Positions 14,879 to 28,722 are shown, counted from the stretch's first letter. The stretch: DNA of 64,000 bases from Owenia fusiformis (GCA_903813345.2 CAIIXF020000001.1:13206001-13270000); one strand, 5' to 3'. Made by a program: numbers and translations. Notes: generated by a model not told the origin, from the letters alone.

Positions 14879-15330
14879 TACAGATGAACTAGTGCATACA
14901 ATGAAATAGTGAATACAATGAATTAACTAGTGCATGGGGATAATAAGAATGAAAAAGTGCGTGGGATAATACAATGAAATAGTACATGGGGATAATAGAA
15001 ATGAAATAGTGCATGTGATAATACAATGAAATAGTGAATGGGATAATACAATGAAATAGTGCATGGGATAATATCATGAAATAGTGTACGGGGATAATAC
15101 ATACGAAACAGTGCATATGGATTACACAATGAAACAGTGCATGGGGATAATACAATGAAATAGTGCATGGGGATAATACAAATGAAATAGTGCATGGGGA
15201 TTAATGAACTAGTGCATGGTATAATACAATAAAATAGTGCACGGGGATAATACAAATGAACTAGTGCATATGGTTAATACAAATAGAATAGTACATGTGG
15301 ATTATATTATGGAAATATTGCATGGAGATA
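14864..15330. repeat. Minisatellite, ~26-bp unit AATACAATGAAATAGTGCATGGGGAT
   Basis: About 17-18 degenerate tandem units, starting in the last codons of the LRR gene (AATGCATGGGGATAA). Confidence 0.9.
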
Positions 15331-16049
15331 CTAGGAAAATCTCAAAGATGTGGCATCCATCTTACCGGTCATACATCGAGACAACAGCGTCCGATTCGGA
15401 TTTTCCTACTGTGAATATTTTAAAGGAAACAGTACACCCGTAAGGACAATTAATAGGGCTTGTTTGTAAATACTTTTTTTTCATGAATGGTGAAACATGT
15501 CTTTGCAAAATAAAAAAACAACAACAAACAAAACAAACGAACAAAAACATTGTCTGTTGTGGTATTCATTTGCAGTAAGATAATGTTGCCTTGGTTTGCA
15601 GTCATCCATCCGTATCAAACATTCAGGGTAGATATACTACCATATACTACTATAGAAATAGAAAGTGACCAGCGATTTGAAATTGTTCTTTGCAATTTAC
15701 TACTTGTACCTTGAAAGTAAGAAGATAAACATTTGACAAATATCATGCCTAGAATGTATCTGATTGTTCAATAAGATGAGGATTGCGACCGTACATTTGC
15801 AAAAAGGCCAACTTACTCTGACACTCATCACAACGTTATTTCTCTAGCAACATCAACAAACATGAACATACTCTGATATTATGACACTTCTGTCTTGATC
15901 TGAATTCATTGCACTTGATGGGAGGGGGTACAACTGTCATGAGAGTCGTGGTTATCATATATAATTATATATTTTGTATTATCGAATATTTACAGCTCAT
16001 TCTTTGCAAAATAAAATGGCATCGCAATTATGATACTCATCGTATATTA

Positions 16050-16390
16050 TGAGGTTATATAATGGTTGATTCCGTATATCGTGTTTATACTCAAGTTAGT
16101 ATATGATATATTCACGAGTGACTGAAGGGAACGAGTGAATATATCATATACTCACGAGAGTATAACGATATACAGAATCAACCATTATATGATCTTATTA
16201 TCCCACCCTAATATGTAATCAATAAAAGGTTAATCTAAATTCACCAGTTGTATATCAAGTCGGAGAGTTGTATACGCTATCCAGGAGTTGTATATCGTTC
16301 TCAAGAGTTGTATACGATGAGTGTTGGTTTTATATTGCAGTTATACAATGCTATTATACAATCATATAAAGCACTTAGGGTGGGATAACC
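16050..16390. mobile_element. Hairpin plus short-IR non-autonomous element (Crypton-like)
   Basis: ~135-bp imperfect hairpin (16057-16192), then TTATCCCACCCTA ... TAGGGTGGGATAA inverted repeats flanking a short body. Confidence 0.55.
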
Positions 16391-17431
16391 TTTCTTACAA
16401 AAGACAAGGAGCAAAACAAATCTATTGTAAGGAGGGAGACGTGATGAGTATCAGAATGTAATTGAGTGTCGTCGCTGTCATAAATATAATCTAACGGCAC
16501 AGGGGATGTTATTTTCCTAGCTTTTATGTCCTCTCCCCCGTATGTCCACTTCCCCATGCGAGTAGGTAGTTACCAGTTTCACCACCAGGTGGCTTGTTCG
16601 GGTCAGATAGCATGGCTGGTATAGAAGAAAGTTCCCTTTAACTTAAATTTCATCTGTTTTAGTGGTTCAATTTTCATATAACCCTTATGTATCTAATAGT
16701 TATGCAAATCAAAATATGTCCAGTAAATGAAAATGTTATCTGACCAATACAAGAAGAGATATTCCACTTTTTGTGATTTCGTAACATGGGCTCTATGGAG
16801 AATCAACCCGAACTAGAAGTCACACTTTCAAAAATAATTAAATTTTTCAAACTTGTACATGTAGATTTCAAATATAACATCACTTTGACTGAATTTTGAA
16901 TATTTAATGGCGTAAATCAAGATTTTTTATACTCGCATCTAGTCTATTAGACGAAATATAAGCCGAGATGAAATATTTCAAAAAATAGATTTTGCGATCT
17001 CCGAGATGTCCAAACGTAAATAAACATACCACGGCAATACTTCTAGTTCTGTAAAGAAAATAAATGACATGGTTCAACATGGCGGGTATTTTTATAGCTT
17101 TCTTTCAAAGTCATACCGGAATAGCCTGACAATGGTAAAGCCAGATACCGTTGTCACAAATGGCGGGCATAACCGTCGCTTCAACTCGTTAATCACTCGG
17201 TCCTCATTTCATGGAATTTTATCGACGCTAATTCTGTGCATGTATTAAGCTCTTGTGATGATGCATCATATGAAATCCCAATTTCTATCAAATTGGGTCG
17301 TGAATCGCCAAAATATAGCGTCTTCGATATCGTCAATGATAACGGAATCTGAATTTTAAATAATCTGCTTGCATGCGTAGTGCAGGCGAGCGCCACAAAA
17401 ATCTTGTTTCATTCCCACTGGTGATCCAATC

Positions 17432-17936
17432 GATTACGCTGGTTACCGAAACGGTTCGTTTTGGTAACAAAATGTCGGAACATAGAAGGTACGATTTTTC
17501 TTTTTTCCTTATTTCACACGTTGTAGGCAGAATTCCCACGACATTTTTAACACAAACGTGTATTGGTATCATATGTTTAAGAAAATGTACATATTTGCGA
17601 ACAAATAGTTCAGAAGACAACAGAATCGTCGAATTAATTCCTCACTTAAGTTACAAAAACGGTTTTCGAAAAACGGTTAAGATCTGCACTTTTAACCAAA
17701 ACCGTTTATGTAACTCAAGTGAGGAATTAAATCGACGATTCTGTTGTCTTCTGAGCTATTTTTTCCGGCGCAAACATGTGCATTTTCCAAAACATATGAT
17801 GCTGATACACGTTTGTGAGAAAAATGTCGTGGGGATTCTGCCTACAACGCGTGAAATAAGGAAAAAAGAAAAATCGTACCTTCGACGTTCCGACATTTTG
17901 TTACCAAAACGAACCGTTCCGGTAACCAGCGTAATC
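17432..17936. mobile_element. Palindromic MITE (~505 bp, arms ~235 bp)
   Basis: GATTACGCTGGTTACCGAAACGG... at 17432 mirrors ...CCGGTAACCAGCGTAATC at 17936. A degenerate related arm occurs at about 24560-24715. Confidence 0.8.
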
Positions 17937-18023
17937 AAGTTGAACAGGTAACAGCGGTTTTCCTGGAATCACTGGTGCCACCAGTGATTCCAGGAAAACC
18001 GCTGTTACCTGTTCAACTTGATT
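17933..18023. repeat. Perfect 91-bp palindrome (45-bp arms, 1-nt loop)
   Basis: 17933-17977 is the exact reverse complement of 17979-18023. Confidence 0.95.
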
Positions 18024-18676
18024 TTTTCAGATGCAAGAGCAGACAGGTGACAAGATATGATTAGGTGTTGGGCATGCTGGGTAAATTACTTGAGATTTAT
18101 TTTGTATCCTAAATTGCTCTTTTGATTTTATACGCCATGCTTGGAATAACTCAACCTTGTAAACCAATCCAAGGTATTCGTAAAGGTATTTTCTGTTCAC
18201 TCTTGTCAGATATTGGATGACTACCCCATGACCAGACTTTTAATTCCATCGAAAAATCTGAATTCTTTATAAAAAAATCTTAATTAATCTAAATCTTAAT
18301 TTAAATCAAATGGAGATAATGAAGTATATATTATTACATAATTAATCAGAGTCATATAATATATTACAATATATCGTTGTTTATTAGTCAGTTAGCCATC
18401 GAAAAGGGAGATATCTTTAAACGCATCACAGTGTTCCAGTTAAGAAGAAAGGAAATTGAAATTATACCAAAATGCGGAACAATTAATTTCACAACTGATT
18501 TTGATATATGATAGGTAATTAATTTCCTGCATTTTTAATTGACAATAGTTAAAACTTGTGTGTCTCCTCCACATGTTCAGACTAAGATTGGGAGTAGGAT
18601 ACACAGAGGGTACCTTGGAACGCTCATGAACGCCTCCGCGTCACCAGTTGAGGCGCGTAACCATTCTTTAAACGTA

Positions 18677-18891
18677 CATTCCCCTTCATAAGTTTCGCAA
18701 TCGGGAATCTTTATTTGGTAGCGTTCTAATGATAAATCCTGTTAATATTTGATTCGTTATAATTTTTAATACATGTATTTGGAAACTTATGATAAATTAG
18801 ATGAATTTTTAATAATCGTCAAAAACATAAACAGGCTTTAATATGCGGTTCAAAGAGGGACTCTCGGTTGCCAAACGTATGGAGGGGAGTG
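18677..18891. mobile_element. Tc1/mariner-type MITE upstream of peptide gene copy 1
   Basis: TA-CA(T/C)TCCCCTTCATAAGTTT... / ...GGTTGCCAAACGTATGGAGGGGAGTG-TA. The same family occurs at 20627-20784 and 29590-29744. Confidence 0.7.
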
Positions 18892-19060
18892 TACACACAT
18901 ATACGCACACCATTTTTTCAATTTGTACTAATGACAACGGAGAGAATTCGATGCACATGGAGATTTGGAGAATTATAACGAGCAATTATATAATTCATTT
19001 TCTTTTTACGTGAACACGTGAAAGAATTACACAAGCCACACACACTAAGGCAAATCTCAA

Positions 19061-19066
19061 TATAAA
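19061..19066 (+). promoter_or_regulatory. TATA box of peptide gene copy 1
   Basis: TATAAA 100 bp upstream of ATG 19161, in a context (CAATATAAATTAGTTTTTAA) conserved in the paralogue at 29910. Confidence 0.6.
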
Positions 19067-19160
19067 TTAGTTTTTAATTGCTAGTCAATACACATTACAT
19101 CAGGAAGATAAAGAAACAGAGAAAGACTACAGACCGTTTGCTGTGATTTCATATGCTATT

Positions 19161-22100
19161 ATGAAATCTGGATATCAAAGGAAAAGTAAGTGGCGAGTGA
19201 TACTATATCTAGTATAGAAAATAAAAAGTTAGCAGTTTATGTTTTTAAGTAATAATAATAATTCTTTTGTCCACGTTTGTTTTTTCTGTTTTCAATGATT
19301 TGGAACTTGTAGATTACTTGATTGACCAAACTTACTCGAGTCTCTAGCCAATTCTAGGCTAGAGGTAATTTCATCTGGAATACTCCTTTTGAAAAAAGCT
19401 GGCCGGCGTGTCATAAAGGATAGGCATCGATATGGTGAACTGAATTCAACAATGTTTTTCTCTTTAACCAGTTATTGAGACCATTCTGTAAAAAACACGG
19501 TCCTTTATGTAATGCTGACTGACTGACTACAATTTAATGGAAAAATTATTTATATATTTATATTTTATATAACTGTTTTTGTTATTTTATATAACTGTTT
19601 TTGTTAACTTTCTTTTTAGTGAAATTGTTTTTTGTTCATAGACCTCTCAATATTATTGTTTTACAAAGGACATTTTGGTTGATTTAACAAAAAGCAAATC
19701 CCCCCAATCAGCCAAACTTTCCTTTATACAATTACAATATTGAGAGACCTAAACACGTTGTGTTTATGTCGTTTTGTTCCAATGAGGTTGGGATAGATGT
19801 TTCATTTCATTCCGAACATATGATACCAAGAACGAAAAAAGTGTCTGATGTGTTTTCTAAAACAATATAGATAAAAGAATATCATTAAATTGACGATGTG
19901 TGAAATTTTCAGAATGTTTTGATTACTGCTCTAAGAGAAACGCGTGTTCAAAAAGTTCACCATATCGATACCACTCCTTAATTGAATATTTTAAAAATCG
20001 CCTGATTTCGTCAGGATTTCGTCTATAATTAAAACAAAATGGCTCCAAAAAATGGCTAAATTCGAAAACTGGACGAAATGTCGTTAATGTCTGACATTAG
20101 TAAGTGGCTTTAAATTCTAAGTTAGCGATCCAAAAGATGTGAACTTATACATTGTTCACTTCATGTGTGTTTTGGAATTTTTGGTGAGGTAATAAGACCG
20201 AAACTCGCAAATTTGTGATGTGGAAAAATGGCGCACATTTGATTTCAAATTTTATGATTACGACATGACCCGTTATACATGCAGGAATTTATCGTTGGAA
20301 GGCCACGATACAGTGGCCTTAGAAGAAGGTAAGACCATACGGTTTAGATTGTTGCTTTTCAATGTTTTTTGGATCTTAGGTAATCTTCCCGTCAATGAAA
20401 AAACATTTGAATTTTCAAACTCATATCTTACTAAAAGTTAATAAAAAATGATAATCGTATGGCTATAGCTGGTACACTCCTATACACACTATATTTCAAT
20501 TCATCTGAAAGGGATTTTATTTCTGCCACATCTGGTATTGCAACGATTTATTTCAGTTCATATTTCAAAAGTATAATCAACTGACTTATCATTTGCGAAA
20601 TGATAATCGTATGGCTATAGCTGGTACACTCCTCTTCATAATTTTGGCAACCGGAAGTACCCTTTTTGCATCACTTATCCAAGCTTGTTTATGTATGATC
20701 ATTTGAAAAAAATCGTCAAAGTCATAAATTTCCGAACTATTGTAATTAACGAAAAACCCCGGTTGCCAAACTTATGGGGGGAGTACTGTATGATTTAAAC
20801 TGACATTATGACCATTCAAAATATACTAGAATGGCGATTTGACAAAAATCTGGCTAAAATATAGGACTGCATACTGTACATTTTAGGGTCATTGATACAA
20901 ACTGTAATCGTGGTACGGTCGGAACTGATTCTTTAGGTCGATCTTTTTGACTTTCCTTCAGGATAATATTAGAAACGCTTAATTTCAATATATTTCAATT
21001 CATCTGGAAGGGATTTTATTTCTGCCACATCTGGTTTTGCAACGATTTATTTCAGTTCATATTTCAAAAGTATAATCAACTGACTTATCATTTGCGTAGT
21101 TATATTGCTATAAATAAAAATGGCAATTAAAATAACGTCACATCGACTACGATTCTAATTAAAAGAAACAACAGGTGTTTTGGGGTTGTGACTCTTCTCC
21201 TCGAAATTGGACAGCTATATGTTGAATTAGAAATCTTCATCTTTCATTGTTATAGCAGCACGTAGACGGGTCAAGATGTCTTCATTTTTCATCCTCGGAT
21301 TGCCAAGAGGATACGGACTTTCTAGTTTGGGAGTACCCTTAGTCCTGACCCACGGAGCCACTAACTAGACGAAGCTGTAAAAGTACCAGAAGGGACAGTG
21401 TTATAAAATGCAATCTTATGAAAACATACCAATGCTTCCCTGACAATTCTAATTTTGTTTTCTGAATAAAAGATTCTGATCACACACAGATTACAGAAGC
21501 TATTGAAGATTTAAAGGCCCAATATAAAATTTAAAACACTTTGGCTTATATTGTAGTCTTACCCGTTATCAAAATGTAAAACCTTTTCCTAATTTCAAAA
21601 AGTGGATTTTGAAAGGCTCTTTGTTAGTAAAATAATGAATTTATTTAAAACTATCTGTTCAAAATTTTTAGAGGTGACATATTCAGGAAATAAAGATAAT
21701 AATGTCATAAATGAAAGTAAAAATAGACTATTTTGAGCACCTTTGAGCCAAATTAGTCAAATTTGAACTCCCTGGAATTCTTAAAATGTGAACCCACTTG
21801 ACAAAAGCTGGCTCCAGGCCTGATCCTTCTCATTTTTTCAGATTATTTATATACTCATTTATATAAGCCGAATCTTATTTTGAAATTTATTTTGAGATAT
21901 TAATTACCATGGTAATATTGCTTTGTAAAGATAATAAAATGAATTGTTGATTGTTTGCTTTCCAGAGGTGGCAGTTTGGATGATGACCAATATGCTCTTA
22001 ATGACTGGAGTGTCGAGCTCCAAGGATCGACAAGCGTTATTTGAGCGTTACCAGAATGGTCGGTCGACATTGTACCTATCTATCAGAGACAGTAATAGAA

Positions 22101-22366
22101 ATGATGACAACTTAAATTCAATACTCCAACCGATAGAATTAATTAAAAGAGATGATAAAACATTAGGAGGAACCATAGGAATGAACAAGCGAGATACGCT
22201 ATCTAACGACGATTTGTGTCATCTTGTTTGTTCTTATTGTAGTAAGCAATTGCCCAGACGCTGGTCGGGCACCTGCATCTCCGAATGTGAACAGATGCAC
22301 GATGGTGGAAGTACACGTGTTGGGAAATCTTATGCGAATTGTTTTTCTTTATTGTATGGCAAGTGA
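19161..22366 (+). CDS. Secreted Cys-rich prepropeptide (neuropeptide/hormone-like precursor), copy 1, 141 aa
   Basis: Exon 1 19161-19185 (ATGAAATCTGGATATCAAAGGAAAA|gtaag) plus exon 2 21966-22366 gives a signal peptide MKSGYQRKKVAVWMMTNMLLMTGVSS, two KR dibasic sites, a C-terminal C-x3-C-x2-C-x11-C-x3-C-x17-C peptide and a terminal YGK* amidation signal. Both exons are conserved in copy 2. Confidence 0.88.
20627..20784. mobile_element. Tc1/mariner-type MITE (same family as 18677-18891)
   Basis: TACACTCCTCTTCATAATTTTGGCAACCGG ... CCGGTTGCCAAACTTATGGGGGGAGT. Confidence 0.6.
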
Positions 22367-23555
22367 ATTGATTAATTCAAGGGATGAATTTTTATATTGT
22401 TTTGTCGATTTGATACCACATCAACACGCAAACAACACGCAAATACAGAAGAGTAATGGTATTCAAACGTAGGACACAAAACAATTGCATGTTCTAAATC
22501 GTTAAGAAAATGATTTCTTTTTTGATCCATAATTATTGTTATCAGTGCGATATTTCCTGTAATATAAAGCGATCCATCTTTTACTAACGAATAGCCAAGT
22601 ATGCATGCACCCATGCATATCTAACTCTTAGAAATTTAGGACTGGTTCAAGACTGGATATTATCATAAAAACTGTTCCATTGAATTTCTTTTTCAGTAAT
22701 GGTATTGTTAAAACTGTTTTGCAAACTGGGAAAAGGATTTGAGCTTATAGAACTCAAGACAGTTGGCAACTTATTGTCTTCGATTCTTGTATGCTAGCAT
22801 AAAGTCCTCGTTTCAAACTTCAAACAAGAATATCAGTGGACATTTCACAATCAGCTCATTAAATAATGTGCTCGAATTCCTTATCTTATCATGGATGTGA
22901 CTAAACTAATCTACATTGCATGTGAACGAAATTGAAGTTGTTTCTTCAAATAAAATTGCAACTTACAACTTACACTACTGATTCTTTCATTTCGTATTAT
23001 GCCAAGGTAGATGGTTTCAAATAATGAAACTACACAAACGGGACAATTTCATATTTTCCCAACTGAGTCCTACCAATTCAATGGAATTGTAGAGCAAGCC
23101 AAAATTTTCAAAAATACCTTAATTAAAAATCATTTAAGAACTGTTTAAGAACCCCTTTACTAAAATGGATTTAACCAATAGTTTCCCACAAGAATTTACT
23201 TGTTGAGACTCCATCAACTTGAGTTTTTCTGAGATAATGAAGATTTCGTATCTATCCCCATGCATGATATGCAGCTTTTAAGTCAAGCCCATGTTAAGTC
23301 AATTCATCCTGAAATCCTCAATGGAGACTTTAAGATGGTGATGTTTTCACAACGTAACCGCGAACGCAAAGTCCATTGATCAATTCAGAAATGCATATAG
23401 CGCGCATACAAAATGAGCGCTAATATTAGTCTACTTCAGATACCCGATCAGCTTCAGTTCAGTGTTTAGAACGGGAGATCTGCAATTTCACGTTGGTGTC
23501 AACAGGAATCATTAATGATTTAATGAGTATAAATACTCATGTCTACTGAATACTA

Positions 23556-24078
23556 CAGGGTGTCCCGAAAGTATGCCCCCCCCCCTAGGCAGACATATAC
23601 CAGTGTCATCATAGTAGGTGTCATATATCATTTTAAAGCTTATCCAAAGTAAACATTGATTCGCCAAGTAGCATGGTTCAACTCTCAAATGTGAAAAAGT
23701 TACAGGCATTTCAAAATTTAGTGTTTGGTCAAAATTAAGTTCAATTTTACACCAAATCACTCGTCAATGTGCCCTCCGGGGCCATCTTAACAGCATCAAT
23801 TCTTTTCGGGTGGGATGGATATTGAGTTGGAAAAGGAGAATGGTGATGGTAGAAACTCGTACTTGTAATATGGTTCGAAATTGAACTTTATTTTGACAAA
23901 ACACTAACTTTTAAAATGACTGTAACTTTTTCCCATTTGGAATTCAAACCATGATACTTGGCAAATCAATGTAACTTTGGATAAGCTTTAAAATGATATA
24001 TGACATATACTATGCGGACAATGGAATATGTCTGCCTAGGGGGGGGGGGGGGGGGGGGCATACTTTCGGGACACCCTG
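23556..24078. mobile_element. Tc1/mariner MITE with ~200-bp TIRs
   Basis: TA-CAGGGTGTCCCGAAAGTATGCCCC ... GGGGCATACTTTCGGGACACCCTG, with long inverted arms. Confidence 0.85.
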
Positions 24079-24867
24079 TTTGCTGGCAAATTTGATTTCG
24101 ATGCACAGTACAATGCTTTCTGAAGAAAATGATGTATGTCATACACGCTTTAGCTCCAAATATCTTACGAAACGAGATTGTTTAAAATATGTATCATAGA
24201 AAACCAGCTTTATAAATATCCATGGCATATTACACGGTTTGGTAAAACAGTTGATGTGGTCCAAGTACTCTCACAACACGAAATATCATAATATCATCAA
24301 AAGATAAAGTTCTTTCTTTATTGAAATTTGAATCTATTAATGCATACTGCGTCGCTATAGAATGAATTTCACTACTATTTTCACGATTTTATTGAAATCA
24401 GGAGTCAACTTCACGCATATGGATATATTTGAAGACCCAAAACGACTTAGTTTCAGAAATATCACTTTAAATTAAAAAATGACCGTTAACTCCGCACCAA
24501 ACGATCATTCCTGCAGCATCAAATATTTCCCACATGCTCCGTTTGCATAGTGTGTTATATCGATGCTTTTTCGTCTTATGAACTATTTGTTCGCAGAAAT
24601 CGTGGAAGTTCTGCCTTCAACTTGTAAAATAAGGAAAAAAGAAAAATCGTATCGAGGTTAATTGCAACATTTTGTTAATCGTTTCGGTTAAAATGTTAAT
24701 CGTTTCGGTAACTAGTTTGAAGAGCAGTACTAGTGATTGCAAGGATTGATTTGGTGAAACCTTTGACGTGAACCAAGTCCATGGCATCCTGATATCATCG
24801 TGTGACTGGGGTTTTAGTAACATATCAATCCCCAATGTAAATAAACAAGAACAAAGGACAGCATGTA

Positions 24868-25429
24868 CAGGGTGTTCAAAAACATGACCATAAGAAAGTT
24901 GAATAATCTGGTCAATTTTGCATATTTTACCTTGAGATTTTAAAATGATTTAGTTCATTCAATGTGAATTTTGTTCTAAAAGTCTGATGATAATCTGTCT
25001 ATTGTGTCAAAAACTACAGTACCTTACACAACATGCTCAAAGTGGGCACTTCTCTATGCACAAATGAATGACCCGACCTATACTGTGCATTGTTCAGAAT
25101 GCATGGATGCTGTTGCACTTAATCTGGAGGATGTAAGCCCCAGTAGCAATTGTTCTTGGAATAAACGTGTCCATTCAAAAAGAAATGTGTGTAGGAGAAT
25201 CATCAACAACTTTGTTCACCGTATTGAATTGTGCATAGAGAGGAGAGGTGCACATTTGGGGCATGTTTTGTAAGGAACTGTAGTTTTCGACTCAATTGGC
25301 AGATAATAATCAAACTTCCACAATCGAATTCACATTTAATGAACTAAATAATTCTGAAATTTCAAAGCAAAGTACGGAAAATTGACCGAGTTATTCAATT
25401 TTAATACGGTCCTGTTTTTGGACACCCTC
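24868..25429 (+). mobile_element. Tc1/mariner internal-deletion derivative retaining the transposase C-terminus
   Basis: TA-CAGGGTGTTCAAAAACATGACC ... GGTCCTGTTTTTGGACACCCTC-TA. The end of ORF 25004-25273 (CRRIINNFVHRIELCIERRGAHLGHVL*) resembles the C-terminal motif of Tc1-like transposases. Confidence 0.8.
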
Positions 25430-26807
25430 TATATATTAACAAATACATACTACATGCATCTTAACTTTACACAAAATAAATAACATTACACCTTTCATTG
25501 GTCTGTTGGTCAACAAATAGTGTTTGTCCTTGATTATGATATTATAGTATCTATAGTGGGCCAAATTTCCATTGAAGCAATGTTCAGATTCTTTAAAACC
25601 TTTGTTTATTCGTTTGACAACCAAACACTTCACGATTAATCACAAATAAATAGCTACATTGACAGGGTGTTACCATAGTATAGCCATTTGCATTTCAGAC
25701 AGATTCAACCCACACTTTTTCATAAATCATTAAACCATGATTAAACTAAGTGACTATTGAAAGTTTATAACATGGATGGCTATGGCAGCTTGGCCCAAGC
25801 AAATGAAGAATGACAAGGGTGACATGATCTATTATGTCAGCTTTATTAAACTATATCAGAAACTATACTCGTATATATCCCATTATTAAAACTAATTGAA
25901 GGTGATATTAAAAGAAGTTATTCACCAAGGGGATTTGATATGGGAAATATCACAAGGATGATATTATTATTTCCCGAGGGAACGCAGTGACAAAGGGAAA
26001 TGTTACGTTGATATCATCCGATATCATCAACCCGACAGGTGAATAATGACCTTATTCCATGGTCAAGAGCAATATCCTCTGTTGAATTAAAAAAATGAAA
26101 ATCTTTGAAAAATGAAAATTTTTGAAAAACGTAAAATTATATATACCTGGGATTGATATAATCCCTCTAATCCCAATATCATCCCTGTCCAAAATATGTG
26201 ATTTATTACTTGCTATTATACGGTGTCCAACTCAAACGCTCTTACATGCACGACGGAGCGTTTCATTCACGCGGAAACGCTGCGGAGCGAAATAAAATGA
26301 CGTCTAATGAAGACCCCAATATGACCGTAAGTATTGTTTCACTCGTTTCTCTTACATATCATACGTTATTGTGATATATGAACCATTCGATGAACAATAC
26401 CCTGAGCTCTTGTCTTATTTATTCAACTGTCAAACTGTTATTTGCTTGATCGAACGAATCTGAAGTTGACGAATTGACCACAAATTACGAATTAAACTAG
26501 TATTTATATGAAGACGTCAATCTTTCTGTCAAAGTAGTAGATCACAAACTCGTATATTCTCATTTGCTAAACCCCAGTCCAAATCCATTATTGTTCTCGA
26601 GAAACCGCTTGTTTTCCTCGAAACGCTCCGTCGATTTTGAACACTCTTTTAGAAACGCTCTTATCATTTTGTTTTGATATTATTTTCAGATTATTAGAAA
26701 AGAGTTCGGAATCGAATCTATCTCTCAAAAACGTGTTGTACTTGTTGTTGAAACGTCCGAACCTGTTGGTGCTAAACGTGTAACAAGTCGGTCTTTAGCC
26801 TACATTA

Positions 26808-28722
26808 CCCTACTATCACACCAAACTACAGGGTGGGCCAAAAAAAAACCAATACCAAACTTCAAATCAGGATAAAAATACTTTTGTTCAATATGATACA
26901 TTGACTTATATATCATTTTAAAGGTAATACATTTTCAAACAATTTGGTATATAACACTATGACATAAAATCAATAGTAAAGGTGTATTATACTTATTTGG
27001 GAGGCTGGGTCGCTATTTAAGGTCTCTAGATTTAAGGGAGAAAACAGTAAATCTGTGGAATTATGTAAACTTTTTATTCATAGAATATCATTTTGTTAGG
27101 TGAATACATGCATGTTTATTTGCATCAATGTGTGACTAAACTTATTGTTTATGAATTTCAGTGTTGTTTAATAACATTTTACAATTTATTTATTTAAACA
27201 ATTGCTTAATATGCCCCCCCCCTCTATGCGTCAACAATAAGCCTCAAGCGGTAGCGCCATCTATCAACAGATTACTGTTGCAATACATTCCAGCAATTAG
27301 GATTCCGCGGTTCAGCTAATCACTACTTTTCATTGGATGCTTGTGACTGTACACCATTTCCTGGACCCATTTCCATACATGGAGATGGCTCCATGTATGG
27401 TAATCCACCACATTAGCATCGAGCTGCTGGGTGGCCAAGCATCTGGATCAGTCACTGACAACTTGTTCGTGAAGGAATGCCAATGTCACCTTTGATCTAT
27501 GGGACAAGGCACTGTCTTATTGAAAAATACCCCCCCCCCCCAACCAAATATACGTTTTATGTCTTTTAACATACCTCTTTTGAGTACTTATTGATAGTTA
27601 TCAATACTGAAATTAATAAACAATAAGTTAAGTCACAAATGATGCAAATATACAAGCTTGTATTCACCTAACAAAATGATATTCCATGAATAAAAAGTTT
27701 ACATAATTTCAAAGATTTACTGTTTTCTCCCCAAAATCTAGAGACCTTAAATAGCGACCCAGCCTCCCAAATAAGTATAATACACCTTTACTATTGATTT
27801 TATGTCATAGTGTCATATACCAAATTGTTTGAAAATGTATTACCTTTAAAATGATATATAAGTCAATGTACCACATTGAACGTAACTATTTTTATCCTGA
27901 TTTAAAGTTGGGTATTGGTTTTTTTTGGCCCACCCTGTAGTTCTTACTACATTCTCGAAAACGGGCTTCAACTGTGTACGAACGGACTGGACGTACTAAG
28001 AACCGTTTGGGGTCTATTTACAAACTTCATCGAACGTACTTGAACGGGTAGGTCCTCTAGAACTTGCTCAAAATGCTCTCGTGGTCGTCACGTTCTACAA
28101 TTAGAACGAGTGACAACGTACTAACGACGAGCTGGGCGTACTACAAACGGAATCGTCGTACTTCAATCCTACTAGGGATGTTTTTTCAAAGAGTTGAACT
28201 GTCTGAGGACGTATTGAGAACGAGGTAGAACTAATTGCAAACGGGTTTAAACTGATTAAGAACGTATTAAAAACTGCTTATGAACGAGTTAGCAAAAATA
28301 TAGCTATCACACCAAACAAGTTGCCACTGCATTCTTCAAAACTGGTTTTAAACTGTGTACGAACGGAATGAACGTATCTGCAACTTTCTAGGACTATTTA
28401 CGAACTTAATGTACGTTCTCAGACGGGAAGGTGATTTTAGAATTTTGAAATGATTCAAAATTCGATGGCGACCATACCGTTCTGTAATCAGGTCATGATG
28501 ACCTTCTAGACTAAGGGACACGTTATACGGCGTTGCACACCGACGTGGTGCGACCTGAACGAACTGCGAATGAGATGGACGTATTGAAGACTGTTTATGA
28601 ACGACGTAGCTAATTATTTTAGACATATTTCCCGACCACAGCCAGATTGAGCCCGTTTTACGACGTTTTCGTAGGACTGGCAAGAACGGGTAAGAACTAG
28701 TTTGGTGTGATGGGGGGGGGGG
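26808..28722. mobile_element. PIF/Harbinger-like non-autonomous element (TTA TSD), third layer of the nest
   Basis: TTA|CCCTACTATCACACCAAAC-TA-[insertion]-GTTCTTAC reconstitutes the reverse complement of GTAAGAACTAGTTTGGTGTGATGGGG...GG|TTA. Confidence 0.75.
26829..27937 (-). mobile_element. Tc1/mariner element (1.1 kb, >300-bp TIRs, TA TSD) with a decayed transposase fragment, innermost layer
   Basis: TA-CAGGGTGGGCCAAAAAAA ... TTTTTTGGCCCACCCTG-TA. The minus strand at about 27195-27525 reads as a broken QDSAxSHRSK...DANVVDY...RWRYRLRLIV...GGHIKQ transposase tail. Confidence 0.85.

Noticed and set aside
14889-15443. His/Cys/Tyr-rich ORFs
   Set aside because: They are translations of the 26-bp minisatellite.
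17333-17951. ORFs of 192, 95 and 60 aa
   Set aside because: They are mirror-image translations of the palindromic MITE with no protein-like features.
25004-25273. 89-aa ORF as a functional gene
   Set aside because: Only the last ~30 codons resemble a transposase tail inside a deleted Tc1 element, with no catalytic core.
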